A DNA stretch of 64,000 nt from Octopus bimaculoides (taxonomy: Eukaryota). Position numbers and translations under genes: made by a program. The stretch is taken from contig NC_068987.1 of NCBI RefSeq assembly GCF_001194135.2, positions 60,693,271 through 60,757,270 on the forward strand, given 5' to 3'. Of this stretch, positions 1-10,650 are shown piece by piece (position 1 is the stretch's first letter; each line of letters opens with the position of its first letter). Below the pieces are notes generated by a model, which did not search any database, was not told the origin of the DNA, and saw only the letters and a list, made by a program, of their open reading frames with translations.

Positions 1-1528
1 TGGTACACAGACCGTAAAAGTTTTAATATGCTTGTGCTTTAGAAAGATAATAAATCTACAAACAAACCATATTGTTATGAAAAAATGGCAACAAATAAAA
101 AAAATAATAACAATAAAATACAATAAAAATTACTGTTAATTTTTGTTATTCCATCTGTATGGAATTCAAGAATGCAATATTAAAGCATTAACATTCCAAT
201 AGAGTTGTGTTTCTTTTTTATATCCCTAACAAATAATTAGAACACATTAGTTTAATTTGACTTTGACATAATCTCAGTTTTGATATGTGTGTACGTATAT
301 ATGATGTGTGTGTAGTCATTTAACTTTGCTATAAGCTTATTGTGCTTATACAGCCTCAGTTTAGCCATGATCAGGTAAGCCTGTGACCAAAAAGCATCCA
401 AACCTATGAACAGATAGCATAACTAATACTTTATTTATTATCCTCCAATGTGTCAAGGTAGTGAGTTAACAGAGCATTGACAGTAATAATATGAAATCTC
501 AGGATGCTGGGGCTCAAGTATTAGGTAACCAATTACCATATCTAGCAAAATATTGTGTGACAGATGTGTTCAGTCCATGCCTGTATGAAAAGACAGACAT
601 TTGATGAAAACGATAGTTCCCAAACTTTGGTTTCAGTTATCCAATTATCTACGTAACTTCTGTCGTATTAGATAAAACCTTCTCATAAGCATTATCATCG
701 ATATACTCTTAATCCTGAAATATTAAGATAGCTTGTGATATTTTCTTTCACTTGGACCTTGTCTTCAGTTAAAGAGTTGTGCTTTGATGTAGGCATATAT
801 ATATATGATTGTACTGTAACTGGAGCATTTTTCTTTCTATATGTTGTGATCACTATCATCGTAACAACAACTTGATGATGATGATGCAGTTTTTGACATT
901 TTCCCAAAATATTGTGATAGTCACAGCTGGAATACACTGCATTGTATCTCTGCTTGATCAGAGGCTAAACAATAGCTTTATCATTATAGTGATCTTATTA
1001 TTATCATCATCATCATCATCATCATAAAAATCCTTCCTTTTCTCCTCTTCTTCTCCTTCATCATCACTAAACAAAACTTCGCTTTCTAAGGCAGTTTGAT
1101 TATTGAATTTTCCAGATCCCACTAACCTACTCTCTGAATCTGTAGGCAGCATCCCACTAATCTTTATATCTACTATCTGGCTGAGAGTCTGTTTAAACTG
1201 CAGACAGTTGCTCAAAAGTAGATCTAGCTTTGATCATTGACATTCTGTTACATTTCTTTGCCAACATGAAAGGATTAAGAAGTGGAATTTAACTAATGCA
1301 AAGTATCAATCAATATTAAAGGTTGTCTTTGATGATTTGTGTACAGCAGGAGTGAAAACAAAATCACTTTAACCCTTTCAATTATCATGTGAGAATATTA
1401 CTTCAGAAAATAAGCACTTTCATGTCTTTCTTACCAACTTGTTTTTTTTTCTTTTATTTTTTTATGAGTCGACAAATTAGTGTATTCATCATGGTTGGGT
1501 GAAATTTCATCCACATTCAGTAAGTTCA

Positions 1529-1690
1529 GACATGGTTGTATGGTTAAGAAACTTGCTTCCCAACTGCGTGGTCTTGTGTTCTGTCTCTCTGCGCACCACC
1601 TTCAGGTAGCGTCTTCTACTGGTGCCCAAGGCCAACCCAAATCCTTGTGAATGGGTTTGATTGACAGAAACTGAGAGAAGCTATCATGTG
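1529..1690 (+). mobile_element. tRNA/CORE-type SINE family A, head and core only
   Basis: Diverged TGGTTAAG A-box, GTTC B-box remnant, CORE-like segment and gaaactgagagaag. Confidence 0.75.
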
Positions 1691-2639
1691 TGTATCATCA
1701 TCATCATCATCATTATTGTCATTTAACATTCGTTTTCCATGCTGGCATGGGTTACACAGTTTGACCACAGCTGGTAAGCCAAAGAGCTACTTCAGGCTCC
1801 AATCATCTGTTTTGGCTTGGTTTCTATGGCTGGCTGTGCTTCCTGATACCAATCACTTTACAGAGTATACTGGGCACCTTTTTTACATCACTGGCTGGCG
1901 TGCCTATTATGTGTCACTGGCACAATTGCCTTTTAGTGTCACTGGTGTGGTTGCCTTTTATGTGAGACTCAACAACTGAGGATCATATTTCACCACCTCG
2001 TCCCACATCTTTCTAGGTTTACCTCTGTATGCGCATGTGTGTATACAGTATTTAAAGTGGTGTACAGATATTGTATATTGAGAAAAAGGAAGCAGTCAAA
2101 ATTTTGGATAACTCTTTATTAGCACTTTCATTCGTTAACCAAACTCAAGACAAAAATTAAAACTAACATCATTTTAGTTTTAATTTTTATCTTGAAGAGT
2201 TCAGTTATTGAAAATCATCATCGTTTAACATCCATCTTCCATGCATGCATGAGTAGGACGGTCCATAGTAGCTGGCCAGGTAGAAAAACTACCCTATGCT
2301 ACTGTGTCTGTTTTGGTAGGGTTTTTACAGCTGGATGAAAAATATGTCTAACCATGAGAAAATATTACTTTACAAGGGTTGGCAACAGGAAGGGCATCCA
2401 GCTGTAGAATATCTGCTTCAACAAGGTTCGTCTGACTCATGCAAGCGTGGAAAAGTATGTTTAAAATGATAACAATGATTAGCCCTGTTGATACCAACCT
2501 ATCTGAGACTGCCCTGGTTCTGTAATGCACGGTTTCTAGTTAAGTGTGTGGCACACCTCTTTTAGTATTTCCAGTGAAGGACAAGCAATTGATGGTGTGA
2601 ATATTGAAATTTATTACATGAGAAATCGAATACAATAAG

Positions 2640-3286
2640 AAATATATTCATATCTATCTCTTTTTATCTTTTACTTGTTACAGTCATTAGGCTACGGCCA
2701 TGCTGGGGTACTGCCTTGAAGGGCTTAGTCAATAAATCAACCCAGTACTTTTTGTTAAGCTTTAATTCTTTTGGTCTTTTTTGCTGTTATGAGGATGTAA
2801 ACAAACTAATGTTTGCTGTCAAGCAGTTGTGGGGCACAAGCACACACACACACACACATAATATGCATGCACACACACACATATACTTTTATTCTTTTAC
2901 TTGTTTCAGTCATTTGACTATGGCCATGCTGGAGCACTGCCATGAAGGGTTTTAGTCAAACAAATTGACCCCAGGCCTTTTTTTTAAAGCTTAGTACTTA
3001 TTCTATCAGTCTCTTTTGCTGAACTGCTAAGTTATGGGGATGTAAACACATCAACACCAGTTATCAAGTGGTGATGGGGGGACAGACACACACACAGAAA
3101 AATGCATACATACATCCAAACACAGACAGACAAATGGCTTCTTTCAGTTTTTACTTTTCAAATCCACTCACAAGGTTTTGGTTGGCCCGAGACTATTGTA
3201 AAAGACACTCACTCAAGGTGCCATGCAGTGGGACTGAATCCAGAGCCATGTGATAGGAAAGCAAGCTTCTTACCACACAGCGACAC

Positions 3287-3323
<37 letters not shown>

Positions 3324-3470
3324 AGTTCTTTCATTCTCTGCCTACCAAATCCACTCAGATGGATTTAGTCAGCCCAGGGCTTTAATAGAAGACACGTACC
3401 CAAGGTGCCATGCAGTAGGATTAAACTTGAATGTGTGGTTGGGAAGCCAACTTCTTATCACACTGCCACA
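2640..3470 (-). mobile_element. Cluster of SINE family A parts (two heads, two 3' tails) separated by (CA)n
   Basis: Reverse complements of the family A head at 3130-3290 and 3320-3470 and of the tail at 2650-2840 and 2885-3090. Confidence 0.75.
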
Positions 3471-3893
3471 ATACAAACTGTCTCAAATGTACTTAGTTGT
3501 AGTAGTAATTTGTGAAAATACATTGACATAAAAACAACACACGTAGAGGAAACATTTTTTTTTATATTCGGTAAATATTAGGTTAAATATTTCTTGTAAT
3601 TATGCAACGGAAATGTAGGAGTGTAGTCTACATTAAGCATAGCCCTACTTTTATAAACACTTTCAAAGTTCCTCTTCCACAAGACTGGTGACATAGTGAA
3701 TTGGAATGTTGAAATTTTTGTTGAATTGCAACAAGGCTTCCCTAACTTCAAATGCAGCTGAAAGAAATTATATATGTAGAAATATATTAGTTAGATTGTA
3801 CTATAGTGTTGTTGTTATTGTTCTTAATGCATTGTAGTTTGATAGAAATGGTAGAATGTTTAGTTTCATCATTCTATATATTCTCAAACAATG

Positions 3894-3988
3894 CACCATG
3901 AAATGTCACTAGGTACGTCTTGAAATGTTGCTAGGTGCGCCATGAGATGTCGCTAGGTGCGGTATGAAATGTAACTAGGTTCATCATG
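3894..3988. repeat. 20-bp minisatellite, about 4.5 copies
   Basis: Unit approximately gccatgaaatgtcactaggt repeated in tandem. Confidence 0.85.
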
Positions 3989-4159
3989 GATGAATTAAGA
4001 TAATATTTAAAAAATATTGAAAAAGACAAACTTTATATAGATTTGGTAATTATTGAGTAAATAAGGAATTACTTAATAACTTCCTGTAGCTTTAATTGTT
4101 TGTATTTTTGAGGTTTAGGGTGCAAATATTTCTTATTTATATTTTTATTTGTTCTAAGA

Positions 4160-4375
4160 CGGCAAGTTGACAGAATCATTAGCACACCAGGCAAAATGCT
4201 TAGAAGCATTTCATCTGTCCTAATGTTCTGAGTTCAAATTCCCTCGTGGTTGAGTTTGCCTTTCATCCTTTCAGGGTCGATAAAATAAGTACCAGTTGAT
4301 GAAATAAGCACTAGGGTCGATGTAATCAACTTACTCCCTCCCTTGAAAATTATTGGCCTTGTGCAAAAATATTTT
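4160..4375 (+). mobile_element. tRNA-derived SINE family B (diverged)
   Basis: ggcaagttgacagaatc...gagttcaaattcc...tttcatcctttcagggtcgataaaataagtacc. Confidence 0.8.
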
Positions 4376-4486
4376 AATTTTTTTCTGAATAGCCCTGTAA
4401 GTAAAAAGAAGGAAAAAAAGAAAAGAATCAATAAAGTCATATTTGATTTCCATCATTTTTTGATAAAAATATGTGCTTGCAGTATA

Positions 4487-4696
4487 TTAACCCTTTAGCA
4501 TTTAAACTGGCCATATCCAGCCCCAAATTTTTTACCTGTTTTATGTTTAAACTGACCAGAACTGGCCTTCACACCTAAAAGTATGCAATCACATCATTGA
4601 AATCTCAGAGCTACAAGATAATGCATGATTAATTCAAAACAATCTGAATTAGCAAATATTACATTTGATAGAATAATCTGGATGTTAGAGGGTTAA
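4487..4696. mobile_element. piggyBac-type MITE, family 1
   Basis: TTAA|CCCTTTAGCAT ... ATGTTAGAGGG|TTAA; TTAA target duplication; homologous copies at 26333 and 36197. Confidence 0.85.
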
Positions 4697-5342
4697 GGGA
4701 GGAGAGAATAGAGGAGGATATTAGGGAGGAGAGGATAGAGGAAGTGCAAGGGAAGAAGAGAATTATGTATTGGGAATTTGTGGAGGACTGCCACAAGAAT
4801 GAGTAAAGTATAAGGGGTTTGTCAATGGAGTTTGGCAGTCAGGAGTTTGCAGGTCATACACTGAGTAAGGCTTATGCAACCCTGGGCATTACAGGAATGA
4901 ACAGAAAAAGAGCCATCAAGAACAATTCAGAAACTGCTAAGAAAACATCAACAATTTTCTACCTATGGACTCCTTTGATTCCTATTTTATTGGGGTGGAC
5001 CCCCATAGCTGTTTGATGTTTTAAAAAAACCCCTTCATATTTTTAGAATTAAATATTATTAGGAATTGCATTAAAAAAATTTAGATATTTTGGTGTATTG
5101 AAGAAGTGTAAGCAATTTTTTCCACAAATTTTAACAAAAAAAAAGAAAAAATTTATATAGACACCCAAGGGTCATATGGACCTCACTTGAAAATCACTGG
5201 TCTGGATGACTCTGGCTGAAAGGTGTTCAGTGGGGTCAGTAGAATGCTGCATAGGCACAGGCCTCGGTTTGATCAACCTAAGTCGGGCCACCTGATCGAG
5301 GGTAATGAATCCAGCAAGCAACAATGATAATGTGTCCAAGTA

Positions 5343-5504
5343 GGTACTAGGACAAAATCCCCTGGCAGTCAATATCCCCCTGGATATTGTTCTTTCTTTA
5401 CAATTAGAATTTTAGGAAAGTGAAATTTTATAAAAAAATCTAAAATATTTATTCATTGATATTTTTGTTTAACATTTGTCCTCAGGAGATTTTGTCCTGA
5501 TACC
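5343..5504. mobile_element. MITE with 22-bp TIR (GGTA...TACC), possibly MULE-type
   Basis: ggtactaggacaaaatcccctg at 5343 and caggagattttgtcctgatacc ending 5504; imperfect flanking duplication gtccaagta/gtcaagta. Confidence 0.6.
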
Positions 5505-6684
5505 GTCAAGTATTGCATTTTAAGATGTTTGTTGAACCAGTCACCTGTTATTTTTCTTCAAAAATTTGGTTTTATCCTTTGTCAGAAGAAACTCACCAAC
5601 ATCGTTGATCCTAGATTAAAATACCTTGTGTTTAGCTATTGTGTATCCCACAGTCAATGCAGCATGAGCAGTCCTGTGTTGGTTTTAGTTTCAGGTTTTT
5701 ATATTTAGAGATCTAATCCTGTTGGGTTGACTGTGCCTTCCATTTCTATACAGCTGCTGCATGGTTTTGAAGTTTGCTTCCCAATCACCTGGTTCTGGGT
5801 TCAATTGCTCTGTGTGGCACTTTGAGCAAGTATTTTTTACTATATCCTTAGGCTGACCAAAGTCTTGTGAGTGAATTTGGTGGACAGAAACTGAGAGGAG
5901 CTTGTCAGCTTGTTGTATACGTACGTGTGTGTATATACATGTGCGTGTGTTTGTGTCACATATTGGATGATGTCAGAACAAAGAATGTCACTGTCTTACA
6001 GTCTCTTGCTTCCAGCCTGGTGTTAAAACATGTCTACTCATGTATAAGATCCTTATTGTTGTTGTTGTTAAGTTTTATTGAGAGGTAGTGGAGTGGTATA
6101 ACTATAAAGCATCACAGTCTCCTAATCAATAAATATTTCAAGCAAAATATGGAACAATGGAAAACAAAAAATACTTGGAAACCAAGGCTAATAATTTGAT
6201 CTAAGTCTTTACCAGTCTTACATGTAATATAGTGAGATGTATCCAATATATTTTACTGGTCTAATATCCAATATAGTTTACTCAACCTTTGCCAATTTAA
6301 TAACTCGGAACTACAGAAATGTAATCAACTAAAGTAATTTAGTTTTAGCAAAAGGAGTCTGTTCATGATTTATGTACCTGACGGATTATGGTGAAGATTA
6401 TATGATGCAGAACAAGAGATGCAGTGAAGTAGTTTATTGAGACCTGAAGTGTTGTTAAAATATTTAGACTACTGTCATAGTAACTTTCCAATGAGTTTTT
6501 CAGGAAATTGATACCATCATTTAGCGTGTGTGTGTGTCTGTGTGCCTGTCTTCATATTGGCACTGCTTGAACAAATGTGTGTGTTTGTTTCATATTGTAA
6601 CAATACCAGAAGTACTGGGTTAACATGAATGACTAAAACTCATCAGAGACTTTAACCCCATTATAGCAGCAGACCAAACAAGGT

Positions 6685-6867
6685 CAGACAAAGGGTTTAA
6701 GTCGATTACATCGACCCCAGTGCGTAACTGGTACTTAATTTATCGACTCCAAAAGGATGAAAGGCAAAGTCGACCTCGGCGGAATTTGAACTCAGAACAT
6801 AGTGGCAGATGAAATACCTCTAAGCATTTCACTCGGCATGCTAACGTTTCTGCCAGCTCGCTGCCTT
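6685..6867 (-). mobile_element. tRNA-derived SINE family B
   Basis: Reverse complement of aaggcagcgagctggcagaaacgttagc...gagttcaaattccgccgaggtcgac...gtcgatgtaatcgactt; close to the copy at 52163. Confidence 0.88.
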
Positions 6868-6882
6868 TTGTTGTTTCTGTCA

Positions 6883-7215
6883 TCCCAGATTAGTTTAGAT
6901 TGACTAGTCTTAGGCATTCATCCTCAGCTCAGTCTAGACCAAGCAATCCTGTGTCTGTCCCCAGCTCATCCTAGATAGAGAAGTCTTGTATGTATATTTG
7001 TGGATCACCCTATATTGAATAGTTTACCCAGTCTAGATTAACCAATCATGTTTGATTTATCCTCAGGTTAGCCTAAACTGAGCAGTTGTCTTATCTAGAT
7101 AATCTCATATCAGCCTAAATTTAGTAGTAGTCTTGTCTGGATTATCCCAGACCAGCCTAGATTGAGCAGTACTGTGTGTTTATCTCTAGGTAGACTTAGA
7201 TTCAATAGTGGTTAT
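6883..7215. repeat. Degenerate ~41-bp minisatellite
   Basis: Recurring ttatcc..ag..agcctagattgagcagt units. Confidence 0.6.
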
Positions 7216-7437
7216 CTGATCAAATGCATTTTATATGCAGAAAGCATGAAGGACTATGTTATCTAATGTGTTTTAAGACAATAGAATGTGAATTGAAGGA
7301 AATTTGACTGTTGTTTCTAGCATGTCTTACAAGCAATATTCCAGTTATACACAACCATATTTTCTTTTATTCTACTTAAAAAACTTGTTAAAGTATGTTA
7401 TAACAAGAAAAGTTATATGAAGAACAGTGTATCAGAT

Positions 7438-7692
7438 TTCGTTTTTGGATTTGGTTTGCAAGATTTTTTATGTGATTTCGTGTGTTGAAGCATATTCTGT
7501 TGTGTCTGGGGAGAGTCATTTTCTTATTGTGCCTTAAAATTTAACACACTGACTATTGAAAAGGTTGCAAGATGCAACGAAAATTTTAGGAAAATAAAAA
7601 TAAGAAATAAGTGGAAATTTTACCAGTGAGTGTGTTAAATTTTAAGGCACAATAAGAAAATGACTCTCCCCAGACACAACAGTGTATCAGAT
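7438..7692. mobile_element. Fold-back retro-insertion with perfect 54-bp inverted repeat and hammerhead-like motif (Penelope-type terminus, inferred)
   Basis: IR 7497-7550 / 7629-7682, 54/54 identical; 15-bp direct repeat AACAGTGTATCAGAT at 7423-7437 and 7678-7692; motif at 7553-7589. Confidence 0.65.
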
Positions 7693-7780
7693 ATTAAGTT
7701 TTTACTAAGTTTTCTGTTTGTTGCTTTTGTAAAACTAAATAACAAATAATTTATTTCTTATTTTCTTTTTCTTTTGTTAG

Positions 7781-7874
7781 GAAGCACAGTAGTGGTGATT
7801 TACACAGTCGCTTAAAATCCAGAAAGCTTCTTGGTGTTGGAGAGACTGATGATGGCGATATCCATCGTTCAAAG
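7781..7874 (+). CDS. TP53I11: Internal coding exon of TP53I11 (PIG11) homologue
   Basis: Polypyrimidine tract ttttctttttcttttgttAG acceptor and aag|GTAAAT donor. 94 nt (1+93) encoding [31 protein letters not shown], which matches the remembered human motif [32 protein letters not shown]. Confidence 0.93.
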
Positions 7875-7951
7875 GTAAATAATTTATACATCTATATTCA
7901 TTTCTAAATTGTGTATGTATATGTATGTTTATGAAGGCACATGGCCTAGTG

Positions 7952-8286
7952 CAGGGGCTCTCAACCATTATCTATGGACCCCTTTGAATACTATTTTATT
8001 CTAGTCCCCCCCCTAACCATTTGATGTTTAGAAACTAATTTTATAGATCCTTCTTTCAAAATTCATATTTTGTTTTTCACACATTAATTTGTGTAAGTTG
8101 AATCATGTAAAATGTTAGAGAAAGAAACTAAGCTATTTCTTGCAATACATACATCTAAAGCAAAATTTTTTCCAGGGGCACTTAAAATACTATTGTGGAT
8201 TTTCAATTTACTATTTTGTTGCGTGGACCCCAAAAAATCTTATAAGTACCCTCAGGAACCATATGGACTCCAATTGAGAAAGATGG
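7952..8286. mobile_element. hAT-type MITE inserted into a SINE head
   Basis: CAGGGGCTCTCAA ... TTGAGAA ends; 8-bp TSD gcctagtg/acctaatg splits the A-box of a tRNA SINE (7935-8440); related copy at about 4955-5199. Confidence 0.7.
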
Positions 8287-8896
8287 ACCTAATGGTTAGG
8301 GTGTTGAACTCATCATTGCAAGATCGTGGTTTCAATTCCGAGATCGGGAGTGCATTATCTTCAACAAAATACTTCATTTCACATTACTCCAGTTCACTGA
8401 ACCCTAAATGGGTAACCCTGCAATGAACTAGCATCTCATTCAGGGATAGTGTTGGTATACCAGCCCAGCTAGTGGAATGGTATCATTCATAATCTGCAAC
8501 ATTGCAATGAAGAGCATTGTGACCAGTGGTGTATAACAACATCTGATAGTTTGGTCAATACAGTGATGATGATTGGTGTTAGGAAGGACATTCAACCATA
8601 GAAACCATGCGAAAACTGACAAATGAAGCTCAGGCAGCCCTCCAGCTGGCCAACTCCTGTCAAACCGTCCAACCCATGTCAGCATAAAAAACGGTTGTTA
8701 AATGATGATTTTATATTGTTGTGTCTAGGGAGAGTTATTATGTCAATATTATTAACACACGCACTGGTTCAATTCCACTTCTTTATTATCAGTCAATATG
8801 ATAACTAAGTTATTTTACTAAATTCTTTCTTATATTTAAAGTTATTGAAAGAAACACAGAGCATCTCAAAATATATACAGTAACGAAAAGGTTAAA

Positions 8897-9022
8897 CCAT
8901 TTGCGAGCTGACCACTCACTGGTCATTTCGTCATTGATATCGCGAGCAGTTTCAGCTGCTTTACATCCTTTTTTGAAGTTGAATAGCAAAATTGCTCGAA
9001 TATCGCACTTTGACAGTTCCAT
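8897..9022 (-). pseudogene. mariner transposase N-terminal HTH fragment
   Basis: MELSKCDIRAILLFNFKKGCKAAETARDINDEMTSEWSARKWF resembles the mariner N-terminal HTH (RAILLYEFKLG..AAE..RNIN...RWF). Confidence 0.8.
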
Positions 9023-10211
9023 TTCAGATGATTGTAACAACAATGAAAAAAATATCAATGTTAATTTATTGATGCATTTGGGCAAGTCTGTGTCTGTATT
9101 ATCAGACAATTTCAAAAAAAATGTTTAAAAAGCATTCAGAACTCTTCAAAAATCCAGTACACATTCTTCATGGTTTAAAATATAGTTTACTTTTTACTCA
9201 ACCTTATATTGTTGTTTAAATCAGTTTGATTCAACCCCATGGAATTTAGTTTCATGCGCTCGGTACATGAACATACCTCATTGGGCTCTGGCAGCCAATC
9301 ATATATATATGTGCATATGTGTATATATGTGTGTCATATGTATATATGCATGTGCCTATATATATATATATGCAGGAGTGGCTGTGTGGTAAGTAGCTTG
9401 GTTCTTATTCTGTAGGCCTCTTTTTTCCAAACTGCTACTTTACGGGGATGTAAACAAACCAACGTAGGTTGTCAAGTAGTAGTGGTGGTTCAGGTAAACA
9501 CAAAGACATACGCATACATATGTACAACAAGCTTCCATGCAGTTTCCATCTGCCAAATTCATTCACAAGTCATTGATCAGCCCAGGGTTATAGTAGAAGA
9601 CACCTACCTGCTCATGGTACAGCACTGTAGGACTGAACCCCAAACCGCATGGATACAAAGTGAGCTTCTTAATCGCACAGCCATGCCTGTACCTATATGT
9701 TTAAGTTGATTTTCTGAACCACTGAATAGTTGTATTTCAGTGGGAAAAGTGCTTTATTCTAAGTTCACTGCTCTATCTCCATATATTATATTATTTCCTG
9801 ATACAAGAATCCAATCTCTGATACAATCTGATTAATTATAGCCTGTGTACAAATTCTTCCTCCATATTTCTTCTCTCTTATGTCCAAAAGTAACATATGT
9901 AAGAGTATGCAACTAAAATGCCTTTCACTATTTAGCTATGTCCTACTTTATGAGTTTGAATTTCACTGGTGATTAATAGTCAATTAACCAATTAACTCTA
10001 CTATTTTATTTACATAAACTCCATTCTTTGCTTTCTCTTATAATTCTATGACTCCAAGTTCTACCCATTGAAGTATTATGTGTTAACGAGAACAGCTGGA
10101 ATCTAGTAATATAGGGTATAAACACAAAGACAATATTTATGTACAGACCAACTGTGGGTAGCATGCTAAAAAATTCTTTCAACATCTCAATTTCTTGTAA
10201 TTCAGACCATC

Positions 10212-10650
10212 TTACAGGAAAAGGTGGTGGACAGTGAAGGAGATGTGCTGGCACAACCACTCTGACTCACAGGGCTTGCACATGCAGATAAGCATCTCCA
10301 CCCTGATAGCAGTGAGCAGGTGTATGTCTGGAGGCAAGAATGCTGGAGGTCTCCACTGTCATTGGCTCAACCATAAACCTGTCAGAGAGCAGCTGACACT
10401 TTGATAGTTTGTTCTTCTCGGCCTGATGAGCAGCAGAACCTGGGCTTGTAGCTGAAAACACCAAATTGCCATTGGAGATGGAGTCACAGCATGTGGAATC
10501 TCAGATGAGGGGCCTACTGCCATGAGACAGGAAAATTGTCATACCATCAGGTCGTTTATCCCCTGAAGTTCAAGCAGAGAAGGAAAGCCAACAGTGTTTA
10601 GGCCGCGCTTTATGATCTTGTTTAGGGCAGCAAGCATTATGTGTTGGAAA
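10212..10650 (-). mobile_element. CRE-clade non-LTR retrotransposon relic (restriction-like endonuclease domain)
   Basis: Manual translation with frameshifts and a stop: H..LNKIIKRGLNTVGFPSLLE..GDKRPDGMTI...GSRPLI*DSTCCDS...SAAHQAEKNKLSK...FMVEPMTVETS...EWLCQHIS. Confidence 0.75.

Noticed and set aside
958-1215. Acidic 85-aa ORF on the - strand (…FSDDEGEEEEKRKDFYDDDDDDD)
   Set aside because: The acidic run comes from a (GAT)n/purine tract; no convincing splice sites, an upstream in-frame stop and no recognisable homology.
3894-3988. CRISPR-like regular repeats
   Set aside because: Head-to-tail 20-bp units without unique spacers in a eukaryotic intron-like context; an ordinary minisatellite.
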